A stretch of DNA of 64,000 nucleotides from the human T2T-CHM13v2.0 reference genome, Homo sapiens. How positions within the stretch are numbered: the stretch's first letter is position 1; each line of letters starts with the position of its first letter. The notes under the pieces were generated by a model. The model saw only the letters and a list, made by a program, of their open reading frames with translations, had not been told where the DNA came from and searched no databases. The position numbers were made by a program, and so were the translations under genes. The stretch lies in the NCBI RefSeq assembly GCF_009914755.1, contig NC_060930.1; one strand, written 5' to 3'. Below, piece after piece: positions 12,246-27,235 of this stretch.

Positions 12246-13453
12246 AAAGGCTTTTCCCAAGTTTATGAAAGCAGATGCTATTTACATATTATGTTTGTGT
12301 TTACAACTCAGCCTCAGAGGCCGTATCAGCCACAAAATTTACCTCGATAATATTTTCTTGTTTAATATCTACTTTCTTAACAACTGACTAGAGTGGTTGC
12401 AGAATCAATCTAAAAAATTCTTGGGTCTGTTCCAAGACTGCCCAATAGGAACAGCTCTGGTTTGCTGCTCCCAGTGTGAATGGTGCAGAAGATGGGTGAT
12501 TTCTGCATTTCCAACTGAGGTACCTGGTTCATCTCATTGGGACTGGTCGGAAAGTGGGTGCAGCCCACGGAGGGACAGCCAAAGCAGGGCGGGGCATCGC
12601 CTCACCTCGGAAGCACAAGGGGTTGGGGGATTTCCCTTTCCTAGCCAAGGGAATCCATGACAGACTATACGGGGAAAATCGGGACACTGCCACCTAAAAA
12701 CTGCACTTTTAGAACAGTCTTAGCAAATGGCATACCAGGAGATTATATCCCGCACCTGGCTCAGTGGGTCCCTATGCCCATGGAGCCTTGTTCACTGCTA
12801 GTCCGAGATGGAACTGCAAGGCGGCAAGCCTGGCTGGGGGAGGGGCGTCCACCATCACTGAGGATTGAGTAGGTAAACAAAGCCACCAGGAAGCTTGAAC
12901 TGGGTGGAGCCCACCATAGCTCAAGGAGGCATGCCTGCCTCTGTAGACTCCACCTCTGGGGGCAGGGCACAGCTGAATAAAAAGGCAGCAGAAACTTCTG
13001 CAGACTTAAATGTCCCTGTCTGACAGCTCTGAAGAAAGCAGTGGTTCTCCCAGCATGGTGTTTGAGCTCTGAGAACTCACAGACTGCCTCCTCAAGTGGG
13101 TCCCTGACCCCTGTGTAGCCTAACTTGGAGACATCTCCCAGTAGGGGCTGACTGACACCTCATACAGAAGGGTGCCCTCTGAGACGAAGCTTCCAGAGGA
13201 AGGATCAGGCAGCAATATTTGCTGTTCTGCAATATTTGCTGTTCTGCAGCCTCCACTGGTGAAACCCAGGCAAACAGAATCTGGAGTGGACCTCCAGCAA
13301 ACTCCAAGAGATGCAGCTGATGGACCTGACTGTTACAAGAAAAACTAACAAACAGAAAGGAATAGCATCAACATCAACAAAAAGGGCATCCACACCAAAA
13401 CCCCATCTGTAGGTCACCATCATCAAAGACCAAAGGTAGATAAAACCACAATG

Positions 13454-14479
13454 ATGGGGAGAAACCAGAGCAGAAAAGCTGAAAATTGTAAAAACCAGAG
13501 TGCCCCTTCTCCTCCAAAGGATCGCAGCTCATCGCCAGCAATGGAACAAAGCAGGACGGAGAATGACTTTGACAAGTTCACAGAAGTAGGCTTCAGAAAG
13601 TTGATAATAACAAACTTCTCCAAGCTAAAAGAAGATGTTTGAACCTATTGCAAGGAAGCTAAAAACCTTGAAAAAAGATTAGACGAATGGCTAACTAGTA
13701 TAAACAGTGTAGAGAAGACCTTAAATGACCTGATGGAGCTGAAAACCATGGCACAAGAACTACGTGACACATGCACAAGCTTCAGTAGCTGATTCAATCA
13801 AGTGGAAGAAAAGGTATCAGTGATTGAAGAGCAAATGAATGAAATGAAGCGAGAAGAGAAGTTTAGAGAAAAAAGAGTAACAAGAAATGAACAAAGTCTC
13901 CAAGAAATATGGGACTATGTGAAAAGACCAAATCTCTGTTTAATTGGTGTACCTGAAAGTGACGGGGAGAATGGAACCAAGCTGGAAAACACTATTCAGT
14001 ATACTATCCAGGAGAACTTCCCCAACATAGCAAGGCAGGCCAACATTCAAATTCTGGAAATACAGAGAATGCCATAAAGATACTCCTGGAGAAGAGCAAC
14101 CCCAAGACACATAATTGTCAGATTCACCAAGGTTGAAATGAAGGAAAAAATGCTAAGGGCAGTCAGAGAGAAAGGTCGGGTTACCCACAAAGGGAAGCTC
14201 ATCAGACTAACAGCGGATCTCTCGGCAGAAACCCTACAAGCCAGAAGAGAGTGGGGGCCATTACTCAACATTCTTAAAGAAAAGAATTTTCAACCCAGAA
14301 TTTCATATCCAGCCAAATTAAGCTTCATAAGCAAAGGAGAAATAAAATCCTTTACAGACAAGCAAATGCTGAGAGATTTTATCACCACCAGGCCTGCCTT
14401 ACAAGAGCACCTGAAGGAAGCACTAAACACGGAAAAGAACAACCAGTACCAGCCACTGCAGAAACATGCCAAATTGTAA
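13454..14479 (+). pseudogene. L1 ORF1p, disrupted
   Basis: MGRNQSRK...LQEIWDYVKRPNL...YQPLQKHAKL; premature stops near 13640, 13790 and 14075. Confidence 0.95.
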
Positions 14480-14539
14480 AGACCATAGATGCTAAGAAGA
14501 AACTGCACCAACTAATGGGCAAAATAACCAGCTAACATC

Positions 14540-17248
14540 ATGATACATTCAAATTCACACATAACAATATTAATCTTAAATGTAAATGGGCTAAATGCCC
14601 CAATTAAAAAACACGGACGGGCAAATTGGATAAAAAGTCAAGGCCCATCAGTGTGCTGTATTCAGGAGACCCATCTCATGTGCAGAGACACACATAGGCT
14701 CAAAATAAAGGGATGAAGATCTACCAAGCAAATGGAAAGCAAAAAAGCAGCAGGGGTTGCAATCCTAGTCTCTGATAAAACAGACTTTAAACCAACAAAG
14801 ATCAAAAGAGACAAAGAAGGCCATTACATAATGGTAAAGGGATCAGTGCAACAAGAAGAGCTAACTATCCTAAATATATATGTACCCAATACAGGAGCAC
14901 CTAGATTCATAAAGCAAGTTCTTAGAGACTTACAAAGAGACTTAGACTCCCACACAATAATAATGGGAGGTTTTAACACCCTACTGTCAATATTAGACAG
15001 ATCAAGGAGTCAGAAGGTTAACAAGGATATCCAGGACTTGAACTCAGCTCTGCACCAAGCAGACCTAATAGACATCTACAGAACTCTCCACCCCAAATCA
15101 ACAGAATATACATTCTTCTCAGCACCACATCTCACTTATTCCAAAATTGACCACATAGTTGGAAGTAAAGCACTCCTCAGCAAATGTAAAAGAACAGATA
15201 TCACAACAAACTGTCTCTCAGATCGCACTGCAATCAAATTAGAACTCATGGTTAACAAACTCACTCAAAACCACACAACTATATGGAAACTGAACAACCT
15301 GCTCCTGAATGGCTACTTGGTAAACAACGAAATGAAGGCCGAAATAAAGATGTTATTTGAAACCAATGAGAACAAAGACACAATGTACAAGAATCTCTGG
15401 GACACATTTAAAGCAGTGTGTAGAGGGAAATTTATAGCACTAAATGCCCACAAGAGAAAGCAGGAAAGATCTAAAATTGACACCCTAACATCACAACTAA
15501 AATAACTAGAGAAGCAAGAGCAAACACATTCAAAAGCTAGCAGAAGGCAAGAAATAACTAAGATCAGAGCAGAACTGAAGGAAATAGAGACACAAAAAAT
15601 CCTTCAAAAAATCAATGAATCCAGAGCTGGTTTTTTGAAAAGATCAACAAAATTGATAGACCGCTAGCAAGACTAATAAAGAAGAAAAGAGAGGAATCAA
15701 ATAGATGCAATAAAAAATGATAAAGGGGATATCACCACAGATCCCACAGAAAGACAAACTACCATCAGCGAATACTATAAACATCTCTACGCAAATAAAT
15801 TAGAAAATCTAGAAGAAATGGATAAATTCCTGGATACATACACCCTCCCAAGACTAAACCAGGAAAAAGTTGAATTGCTGAAGAGACCAGTAACAGGCTC
15901 TGAAATTGAGGGAATAATTAATAGCCTACCAGCCAAAAAAAGTCCAGGACCAGACGGATTCACAGCCAAATTCTACCAGAGGTACAGAGAGGAGCTGGTA
16001 CCATTCCTTCTGAAACTATTCCAATCGATGCAAAAAGAGGGAATCCTCCCTAACTCATTTTATGAGGCCAGCATCATCCTGATACCAAGGCCTGGCAGAG
16101 ATACAACAAAAAAAGACAATTTTAGACCAATATCCCTGATGAATATTGATGCGAAAATCCTCAATAAAATACTGACAAATCAAACCCAGCAGCACATCAA
16201 AAATGGGGAAAGGATTCCCTATTTAATAGATGGTGCTGGGAAAACTGGCTAGCCATATGTAGAAAGCAGAAACTGGATCCTTTCCTTACACCTTATACAA
16301 AAATTAATTCAAGATGGATTAAAGACTTAAATTTTAAACTTAGAACCATAAAAACTCTAGAAGAAAACCTAGGTAATACCATTCAGGACGTAGGCATGGG
16401 CAAGGACTTCATGATTAAAACACCAAAAGCAATGGCAACAAAAGCCAAAATAGACAAATGGGATCTAATTAAACTAAAGAGCTTCAGCAAAAGGAACTAC
16501 CATCAGAGTGAACAGGCAACCTAGAGAATGGGAGAAAATTTTTGCTATCTGTGCATCTGACAAAGGGCTAATATCCAGAATCTACAAAGAACTTAAACAA
16601 ATTTACGAGAAAAAATCAAACAACCCCATCAAAAAGTGGGCGAAGGATATGAACAGACACTTTTCAAAAGAAGACATTTATGCAGCCAACAGGCACATGA
16701 AAAAATGCTCATCATCACTGGTCATCAGAGAAATGCAAATCAAACGACAATGAGATACCATCTCACACCAGTTAGAATGGCAATCATTAAAAAGTCAGGA
16801 AACAACAGGTGCTGGAGGAGATGAGAAATAGGAACACTTTTACACTGTTGTTGGGAGTTTAAACTAGTTCAACCATTGTGGAAGACAGTGTGGTGATTCC
16901 TCAAGGATTTAGAACTAGAAATACTGTTTGACCCATCATCGATCCCATTAGTGGGTATATACCCAAAGGATTATAAATCGTGCTACTATAAAGACACATG
17001 CACACGTATGTTTACTGTGGCACTATTCACAATAGCAAAGACTTGGAACCAATACAAATGTCCATCAATGATAGACTGGATTAAGAAAATGTGGCACATA
17101 TACACCATGGAATACTGTGCAGCCATAAAAGGATGAATTCATGTCCTCTGTAGTGACATGGATGAAGCTGGAAACCATCATTCTGAGCAAACTATTGCAA
17201 GGACAGAAAACCAAACACCTCATGTTCTCACTCATAGGTGGGAATTGA
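14540..17248 (+). pseudogene. L1 ORF2p (endonuclease, partial RT, C-terminal domain), disrupted
   Basis: [23 protein letters not shown] and [19 protein letters not shown] are present; frameshifts, stops, and RT core missing after about 16203. Confidence 0.95.
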
Positions 17249-17821
17249 ACAATGAGAACACTTGGACACAGGATGGAGAACATCACACACCGGGGCCTGT
17301 CGTGGGGTGGGGGAAGGGGGGAGGGATAGCATTAGAAGAAATACCTAATGTAAATGACGAGTTAATTGGTGCAGCACACCAACATGGCACATGTATACAT
17401 ATGTAACAAACCTGCAAGTTGTGCACATGTACCCTAGAACTTAAAGTATAATAAAAAATTATTAAAACATCAGCAGCATTTTCCATTTTTCAAAAATTAG
17501 TATTTTGATTTGGTATTTTTGATTATATACAACCAAGAACGAGATACTTCACTCAAAGTGAGTCACTCTCTTATTTAAAGAGAGTTACACTTTTATGAAC
17601 ATTAGTGGGCTAAAGTTTGGCTCCTTCTAGCAGATTGCTAAACTGACAATATATTACTTACAATTTTACATTTGTTCAACTTAAATATACTAAGGATTCT
17701 TAGATTAGATTATGAATATTCTTAGAATTTGAGATATTTAATATTTTCCCCTCTTTTCTTTCTTCTAGTTTGATACATGCTACAATGCTTTCTTTTTCAT
17801 CTTAGCTTCCTATTTCCTTGT

Positions 17822-18119
17822 TTTCTGTTTTTTCTTTTTTGAGATGGAGTATCGCTCTGTCACCAGGGTGGAATGCAGTGGGACAATCTAGCCTCTTTGC
17901 AACCTCCAACTCCCGGGTTCAAGAGATTCTCCTGCCTCAACCTCCCGAGTAGCTGGGATTACAGGCATGTGCCACCACACCCAGCTAATTCTTGTACTTT
18001 TAGTAGAGACAGGGTTTCACCATGTTGGCCAGGATGGTCTCAATCTCCTCACCTCATGATCAACCCACCTCAACCTCCCAAAGTGCTGTGATTACAGGCA
18101 TGACCCACCGCACCCGGCC
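17822..18119 (-). mobile_element. Alu (AluSc-like)
   Basis: Full Alu dimer; ccaggatggtctcaatctc; flanking tccttgt duplication. Confidence 0.93.
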
Positions 18120-18653
18120 TCCTTGTATTTTTTTTTTTTTAAATAGTGGTAAACAAAACTATATCCCTGGGGATTAATAGATAGATTTGGCATAATAGGT
18201 CTTCGATAAATATTTTCAATTAAATAGTTATATTGTTAATCTATAGTCTTAAATATCTTATGTACTTACTATCAACATTTTAGGTAAATTTACAACTGAT
18301 CTCAAGATACTAAATTGGACTCATTTTTGTGGCTATAATTCTCTACCTCTCATTCCTAAACATAATTCTCACCTCAAAAATCTCAACTCTGCTTGTGAAA
18401 AGCATAAAGAAGAAGCACGGAGGGGAAAGATTCATAAGCATGTTTTAAGAACTCAGGATTTTTAACCCAGAGACATGACGATTCTTGGAAGCCTAATTCC
18501 CTTCACATAAGTTTATGGGTTTATATATCAATTATATGGGATTGGACTTAGTATATATAATTTTAAAGAGCAAAACTGGAAATAATAATTAGGAATGTAG
18601 GGATAAATGTTCTCCTCTTTATGTGAAAGACATTTCTAAAAATTAGATCTTTT

Positions 18654-18949
<296 letters not shown>

Positions 18950-19698
18950 TTAGATCTTTTAAAAATGAAAGTTAATACATCAGTAGATAATATGCTTTCT
19001 GTCATATTATAAATTTGTGGGAATGTTTTAGAGAAGTGTAAAATATTAACTGTGGATTAAACCAGAAGACAACTTCAGAAATACCCCAACCAAAACATTG
19101 TTTGTAAATTCTTCCAAACACAATCATGTTTTTTGTTCCTCTCCCCAAAACAATAACTACCATATCTGCCCTTCAAAACCTCACTATTCGTTGCCTAAAA
19201 CTGCATTGATTACTTTAGCTCACCTTTAAATATATGCTCTTACTCAATCCTTTCTAAACCCTTAGAGAAAGGCAGCAGTCAGCATTTATTTAACCCTGTA
19301 GGTTAGTTAATTTTTACAGTCTCCATTGCCGTTTAACTTAAGAATTCTGAAAGTTAATCATCATCAGCTTTCTCATCAGGAATCTACTAACTTGGAGCTT
19401 TAAGTCACTAGATCACAAGATAAACATATTTTGCTATTAGCTGTCTCCTGTCTGTCTTCCTAGACTACCCTTTTTCAGCATCTACAGTTGTATGTTATCT
19501 ACAAACTGGTTGATATGTTTTAACGTTGAACTTGCATGGACATGAGCTCTATTACACTGACAGTCGTGACCAACTCCCAATCCGTAAAGTGTGATCTATT
19601 TAAGTAATTTATATTACTTCCTTAGTCTAGTTATCTGAGTCATAAGAACACAATTAGGCTGGGGAATCAGTTTATCCTGTCATAGCAATCAGAAAGCA

Positions 19699-19753
19699 AA
19701 GTAGTAGTAGCAGCAGCAGTAGTAGTAGTAGTAATAGTCATAGTAGTAGTAGT
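19699..19753 (+). repeat. (TAG)n/(CAG)n trinucleotide repeat
   Basis: Directly visible. Confidence 0.9.
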
Positions 19754-21599
19754 GTGTATGTGTTTCCAAATGTAACTTTCAGTTTTTGAGTTAGAGTTAT
19801 TTTTAAGTTGTTGTGGCTATAGGTATACTATTGATATTTTATTGAAGATTTGATTTGTGTAAAATAGTGGAAAGAAATAAACTAGGAACTGAGTACATTT
19901 TTTTTCAGTCTCAAATGTTGTTATGTAAAATTGAATAAACAAAATTATATGGTTAATTATACCTTAATACAACTTGAGAGAAAATATATAAAATAACAAG
20001 ACCAGATCATAGAAAGAAACAATGGAAGTTCAATTTCACACTGTAAAAAACAAGATACAAGTATATTTTTCTTATTTTTCCCGAAGTTTAACATTGAATT
20101 TACAGTAGAACACATGGAAATAGTGTTATATGATAATGAGTTGTCATTATTTTTAATAGTAGTTATGCTAACATGCTAACAGACCTATAAATGCCTTCCT
20201 ATTGTAATTGCTGATCATAGGTATGTATATTATTTTTTATGTGCACTTAATCAGACCTCACAAACCTCTTCCACAACAGAAGCCAACAACAGTTGGGAGA
20301 ATTCCTATGACCATTTGAAGGATAGGAAACATGCTAGTTCTCTGTCTCATACCTAAGGAATTCACTGTGGGGGGAAAAAAGGAGGGTTGGGTCAATATTT
20401 GTTAAAGTGTTTTATATTATTTAAAATAAAGAATATTGAAGAGATAATCAAATAGTAATTTAATTTATCTTATAGAAAACACTCGGTAGTAGGGAAGTGA
20501 ACTGAATTCGCCAGGGAATAAGAAATCAATCCAAACTCTTTCAACTAAAGTCTACTATTTTACATTAGAAAGAACCTACAAAAATAAAACTTTTACAACA
20601 TTTTGTTAGTGTAGTAGAGTGGTTATTTCCCTATAGTCCTCTTTGCAAAGCTATATAGTCTTAAAATATATTATTTTTAATTTTAAAAGTGGGAACTATT
20701 ATTAAAAGCCTTGCAGAGTGTGATTTTCATGATTTTTGCTATCACCAAGATAGCTAGATTAGGTGATTATTATGTACAAATGATTCTTATAAATATTCCT
20801 CTCCTAATAATTAAAGCCCAATCTTATTGGAATATAGAGGGGAAAATTTATTAAAGAGTCTTATTGTTCTTAGACTTAAACTGTCAAAGGCAAGGGGCTT
20901 CTTATTTATTTTAATAAGTAGTCAATATATTTCTAAAATTCTAATTTGCTTTTGTATGTATTCCTATTCACATAAAATGTAATGCATAATTTAGAACTCA
21001 CTTGAAAGTAGAATAGAAATTTTCAGTAACAAATAATGCTTTGTTTTCCAATGCAAAAACATGAGATGATTAAATAAAAGATAGATTCAATCACAATGCA
21101 AAATTTTTTGTTATGAAAATAATAACTTAAACAGTAAGAGACAGGTCTCTAGGTCAAAAGGGTAAGGAGTATGTCTTGGGGCTATGATTTCATAGCAAAA
21201 CACCAATTTTAGTTTGTATGTTTATTTTTAAGGGATATCGAATGTTATTTATTTATCAATATTTCACATTAAGTTCAGACTTTTTTATCAGTCGTTGTTA
21301 ACAGTACTAATCTTTACTTTTAAAGGATGTTTTACAGATACATAAAAAGAGTTCTATAATATGTTTTAGAGTTCAATAAGTCACATAAATGTTTGAATGT
21401 TTAAGTATAGACATAAGTATTATTTTGGAGAATTGTCTGAAAGTTTAAGAAAGCATTTTGTTTTTTTACTATAAAACAACTTGAAAGGCAACAAACCCCT
21501 TATCAATAAAGGCCCAAGAAAAAACTCCCAATCTAAAAAAGGTCCTAGCATTGCCTCAGTAGTGCCAGATGGTAATTTATAATGCCAATTTCTCATATT

Positions 21600-22350
21600 A
21601 TGTTAATAAATTAAAAATTTATGTTGGAATATTTAAGGCAACTACTAAAACATAATAAAAGCATGCATAAGTTAAAAGTGGAGACAAAATGAATAGCAGT
21701 AAAAATATTAATACAAAGTAAGCCAAGAAAAAAGAGTAAAAGTAACATGAAGGAGGCCCAAAAAATAGAAAACAGATATATATATGCTATATATAAACCC
21801 ATTATATTGATAATTACATTAAATATAATTGGACCAAATATCTAAATAAAAGTCTAACACCGTCATACAGAACAAAACAAACAAACCAAACAAAAATTTA
21901 TATGTTGCTTAAAAGAGACACATTTTAAATATTAGGCCATAGAAAGTTTTAAAGTGAAAGCAGGAAAATCACATACCATGCAAATAATTACCAAAAGAAA
22001 GCTGGCATATATGGATGAAAGCTGATAATACACACTTTAAAGTAATAAGCATTACTAGAGACAATAACCGTGGAGAGGTCAGTCTATTTTGAAGATACAA
22101 CAATAATAAAATTAATACCTAATAATGTGATTTCTATTTATATAAAGCAAAAATTGACAAAAAGAAAAAAATATAAATAAATATAAATATATCTACTCCA
22201 TCAGAGTGGAGGATTTTAACAGGCCTCTCTCAGGAATTGACAGAATGAACATAAACTAATTAGTAAACTAGAGAAGACAAACTGGCCTATTTCATATATA
22301 GAACATTCCACCTACTAGTGAATTACTGCTAAATACACACTCACACATCA
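21600..22350 (+). mobile_element. Ancient L1M fragment (ORF2 start/endonuclease region)
   Basis: taattacattaaatataattgg, aagagacacattttaaat, ataccatgcaaataattaccaaaagaaagctgg. Confidence 0.65.
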
Positions 22351-24375
22351 ACAAAAGTAAAATAACGTTTAGGTGATCAAGGAACCCCACTTCTCATTTT
22401 CACTGACACTGTGTCTATACTGAGAGCTCTGCATCCAAAATATGCTCTCATAGATCTCCTATATGTGTATTCTAACTTCATCCGCAGAGGGGATCTTCTA
22501 TTGAATTTGTTGTAGTAAGAACGAATCAATCCTTATATAGGATTGGTAAGTATTGTACAAATCTCTCAACAATAAATTCTCTTACATATTTGATAATATT
22601 CACTCCCTGAATATCCTGGAACTGCCATCAGACTTTATTGCCCTTCATCTTGAGCACACTTGTTACCTGATTTTCCAGTGTTTTAGATACATGGGAACAG
22701 TAATTATGCGGACAGGTATATGGGTGATAATTCACAAAATGGCACTAAAAACTGTGCCCAAAAATTATAAATTAATTTTAGGTTTAAATTCTGTATTTTT
22801 AAGATGTTAACAAGAAAACTAATGTTTATGCATGTATAAAGTCTATATGTGAAGGAAATTTTTCAGCTAGAATCAATAATTTTCTATTTATACAATGTAT
22901 ATTCAAAATGGCTAATAAAGGCAAAGATTCTAAATATTCAATGTTAGAAGTCTAATAAAAAAATTAAAGATCTCTCCAAGTATGAAGGAGTATACAATGA
23001 TTAACTACAACATGCTGGGTAAATAATTTTTTCATACTGCACTTTATGTTTACATTTGTTGCTGAATATTTACTTAAGGTACAAAGAACTTATTATCCGC
23101 AAAAAGAAAATAAGTTGTTTTTACTATTTCCTTTCTTGTAGTGTCACTGAATGAATTTATTATTAACAGTAAAAACTAAATTTTCTTTTTAAACATTAAA
23201 TAGACAGGTTTCTTGCCACAAATTGAAAATGCACATTGTCAATTGTTTACTTTTCTTTATTAAATAAACCATTTCTTTAGAAACATACCCCTAAATACCT
23301 AATTAGATTTCCTAATAGCATGAGAAACCATCATGGGGATAATGTACAAGAATTGTTTCATCAGCAAAATTAAAGGGGGAAACCACCTAATACTTTTTTT
23401 TGGTTTTGTTTTGCTTTGTAATTTAAACTTCAATGGCTTTTATTCATATTTTTTAATATGGCAAATCATTCTCTCTAGAGCTTACATTAATGGGCAGAGG
23501 ACCAAATTACAAGAGTAGGTTAATTTGTGCCCAAGCATTTCATATTAATTAAATAGATTTTTCAGATATTAGGGAATATATGCTCTTCCTAAGTTATTCT
23601 TTCTCAATTCTTAGTAAAATAAGAAGACCGATTGACTCAATTGTTTCCTCTAAACACCACACTAGATGTAAGTATGAGCAACTTCAAGTACTGTAAATAT
23701 TTACAGAGAGGTTCTTGGGATAGAATGAGAGAGAGAAAGATGAAGAGATAGAGACAGAAAGGAGGTATTATAAATATAATGAGATGAGAAAAAATTACAA
23801 AGCTTATTTAAAGAATGTTTTTGCAATATTTCCATATGGAAGTGAAGAAAATTTCATCATGTGCAAATTGTTTAATTATAAATAAAATTGTTAATTTTAT
23901 TTAAAAACTAGAAACATGCATCTACATTATAGTTGACATATCATATAAACCACAGTGCACATCTCTGTTTTCTTCATTATCAGCTACCAAAATAGTTTTG
24001 TTCACATACATAAGCTGTTTAATAAAATGAAGACAAGGTGGGGGTGGGTGGCAATGTGGAAAAAAAGAGAACGAAAAAATGGATGAGCTTGCTTGTGAAC
24101 TCCCTGCAACTGTACACAACAGAATATTCTCTCTACAGCACATTAAGACAAAATATTTATGTTAATATATGGATACTCACTTATGTTCCTAAACAATACC
24201 TTAAAACTGTATACGATAGAAAGATCCCATCAGTGTTTGGCTCAATTTAATTGAACTACAAAATGAGCCTGTATCACGTTAGTATTGATTGTTTTTGTTG
24301 AAAGTTAGCATAAAATTATGTATTTAAGTTTTGCTTATAAATACTTTTAATTCCTCACAATTGGACGCCTATTGA

Positions 24376-24714
<339 letters not shown>

Positions 24715-24856
24715 GGATTTGAGTATTTCTTATGGCACTCTTCTTCCCATAGAGAAAGGTGGTTATTAATGCAAGAATAGTCAGAAAAAGTACACAATTT
24801 TTCAGAGTGTGCAATATTAATTCAAATTGCAATTTATCAAAAGCTGAAAGATTTAG

Positions 24857-25235
<379 letters not shown>

Positions 25236-25777
25236 GAATTTGTTAATTCTTTTAAGTTAACTTGTTGCTGAGTTATTAAAAATGCTAAACCAATAAGACT
25301 CATTAACTGCAAACCCATACAGACACACCACACACAATGAAAGTACATCGTTTTAGTTTAAGAGCTGGTTTGGCTTATAGTTAGTATACTAGTTTATTGT
25401 CTCTCATTATAGAACTTTTTCTCCCTCAATTTATTCACAGGCACCAAATGTAATTTTTCACTATGCAAATCTCTCTCTTTCTACCCCCCATACTTCCTTA
25501 TCCATCATTTATCAATAGTACCTATCTGAACGATTGAGATAAAATATGAAATATAATATGTGTATTTCCTCAAACAGGTAATAACTTTAAGTAGGTTTCT
25601 GTTGCTTCAATAATCTTTTTGTCACCACCAACCAGAAAATGGTTTGAGAGAGGAGAAGGTTTCCTTTGAAAACAATGCCCTTAAGAATGTAATCTCTGAA
25701 TACTTCCTTGTCTTGTTCGTTAAATATGTCACTTTTGACCACCATGAGCTTGTCCACTGATGATGCAAGTGTGCAGC

Positions 25778-26175
25778 TGCTTTGGTTTGGATACTTGACC
25801 TCTCCAAATCTCAAGTTGAAATTTAATCCCCAGTGTTGGAAGTGGGGATATAAGGGGGGTGTTTGGGTCCTGGGGGTGGATCCTTCATGAATAGATTAAT
25901 GCCCTTGTGTTGGGGGATGAGTTCTCACTTTATTAGCTGTTTTTTTTTTTTTAAACCTAGCACCTTCCAACCCCCACCAACTTCTTCCCTTCCCATGTGA
26001 TGTCCGCATGAGCTGTCTCTGCTTTGCCTTGCACCATGAGTGGAAACAGCCTGCAGCCCTCATCAAAAGCAGATGCTGGTGCCATGCTTCTTATACAGCC
26101 TGCAGAGCCGTGAGCCAAGTAAACCTGTTTCATAGTCAGTCTCAGGTATTTCCTTATAGCAACACAGACTTAGAA
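25778..26175 (+). mobile_element. MaLR solo LTR (MST family)
   Basis: tgctttggtttgg...aaatttaatccccagtgttgga...agatgctggtgccatgcttc...ctcaggtatttccttatagca. Confidence 0.85.
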
Positions 26176-26793
26176 AGAAGCTCATCATGATTCTAGCTAA
26201 CTGGAGGTCTGAGAAGCATGAGCCATGGAAGATGAAGTAAATCACAACAAAGGCAAGTAACCGCAGTAAGTTTGGTTTAGATTTCAAGCACTTAGTCTGT
26301 TTTTGTGCACTATTTTTTAGCACACAGGTCCTACTTTTAAGACAAAATTTTGATTCTCTTCATTTGGTGTAAATCAATACAGGACAAGATTTTATGTTAT
26401 TAACACAATTTCATTGCCTGAGTCCATATTTCAATCTGACATTTGGAAGTCCTTTTCTTCCATATCCACTAGTCCTATCTATTTATCCTTTCTTGCTCCT
26501 ATTTCTTAAAATGTTTACTACAGATTGAACATGCCTCATCTAAATATTCAAAAATCTGAAATGCTCCAAAATTTGAAACTTTTGAGCACTGACATAATGC
26601 CACAAGTGAAAAATTAAACTTGGCTCCATGTGGTAAGTTATAGTTAAAACACAAGTGGACAACACACAATTTTTTCAGAGTCCCCAAGGGAAAATAAAAT
26701 TACCTTCAGGTTATGTTTAAATGAACATGTATATGAAATATAAATAAAATTTCATGTTTAGATTTGGAAGCTATTCCCAAGATATCTCATTAT

Positions 26794-27182
26794 TGTAGTG
26801 ATTAGTCCCCAACCAGGTGCTATGTCCACTGCCTAAACCCTGAAGGCCAGGACATAAGCCAAAGTCATGTGGCCCAGCCAAGGAGCAAGTTTCCTTGAGA
26901 AACCAAATATTCTGGAGAATATCTGAGAACCTACCAGGAAAGACAGTTTCATTGCTTAGACATAGTAGGCAAAGAGCCAGAAAATTAGCTTAAAAGTTGT
27001 TTAAAGACAAAGGTTAGCATGGATCTCTAAAGCTGTTTTGCTGCCACCCAGGAGTGCCTCATATGTATGTCCTAATAAACTCATCTGTTTGCCAAGCTGG
27101 ACTTGTCTGAGTTACTCTTTGGTCTTTTGGCTTCCTCTCAGTTTAGGAGAAGGTTTTTAAATATGATTCTTGGTTGTTATAA
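26794..27182 (+). mobile_element. ERV1 solo LTR, MER66-like
   Basis: Starts tgtagtga; gtaggcaaagagccagaaaattagcttaaaag; ctaataaactcatc; 4-bp TSD ttat. Confidence 0.7.
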
Positions 27183-27183
27183 T

Positions 27184-27217
<34 letters not shown>

Positions 27218-27235
27218 CACGTGTGTGTGTGTGTC
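27184..27235. repeat. (TA)n(TG)n microsatellite
   Basis: Directly visible. Confidence 0.95.

Larger units (their letters stand above)
12423..17460 (+). mobile_element. Near full-length L1PA5/6-type LINE-1 with internal ORF2 deletion, inactive
   Basis: Complete 5' UTR, ORF1 and ORF2 remnants, G-rich 3' UTR, short A tail; probable TSD taaaaaatt(c/a)tt at 12411-12422 and 17452-17463. Confidence 0.97.

Noticed and set aside
13211-13249. Tandem gcaatatttgctgttct in the L1 5' UTR
   Set aside because: As I recall, L1PA consensi of this age already have a similar duplication, so it is not locus-specific.
14732-15505. 257-aa ORF, the longest in the window
   Set aside because: Fragment of the L1 ORF2 endonuclease region lacking its N-terminus and ending at a premature stop; not a host gene.
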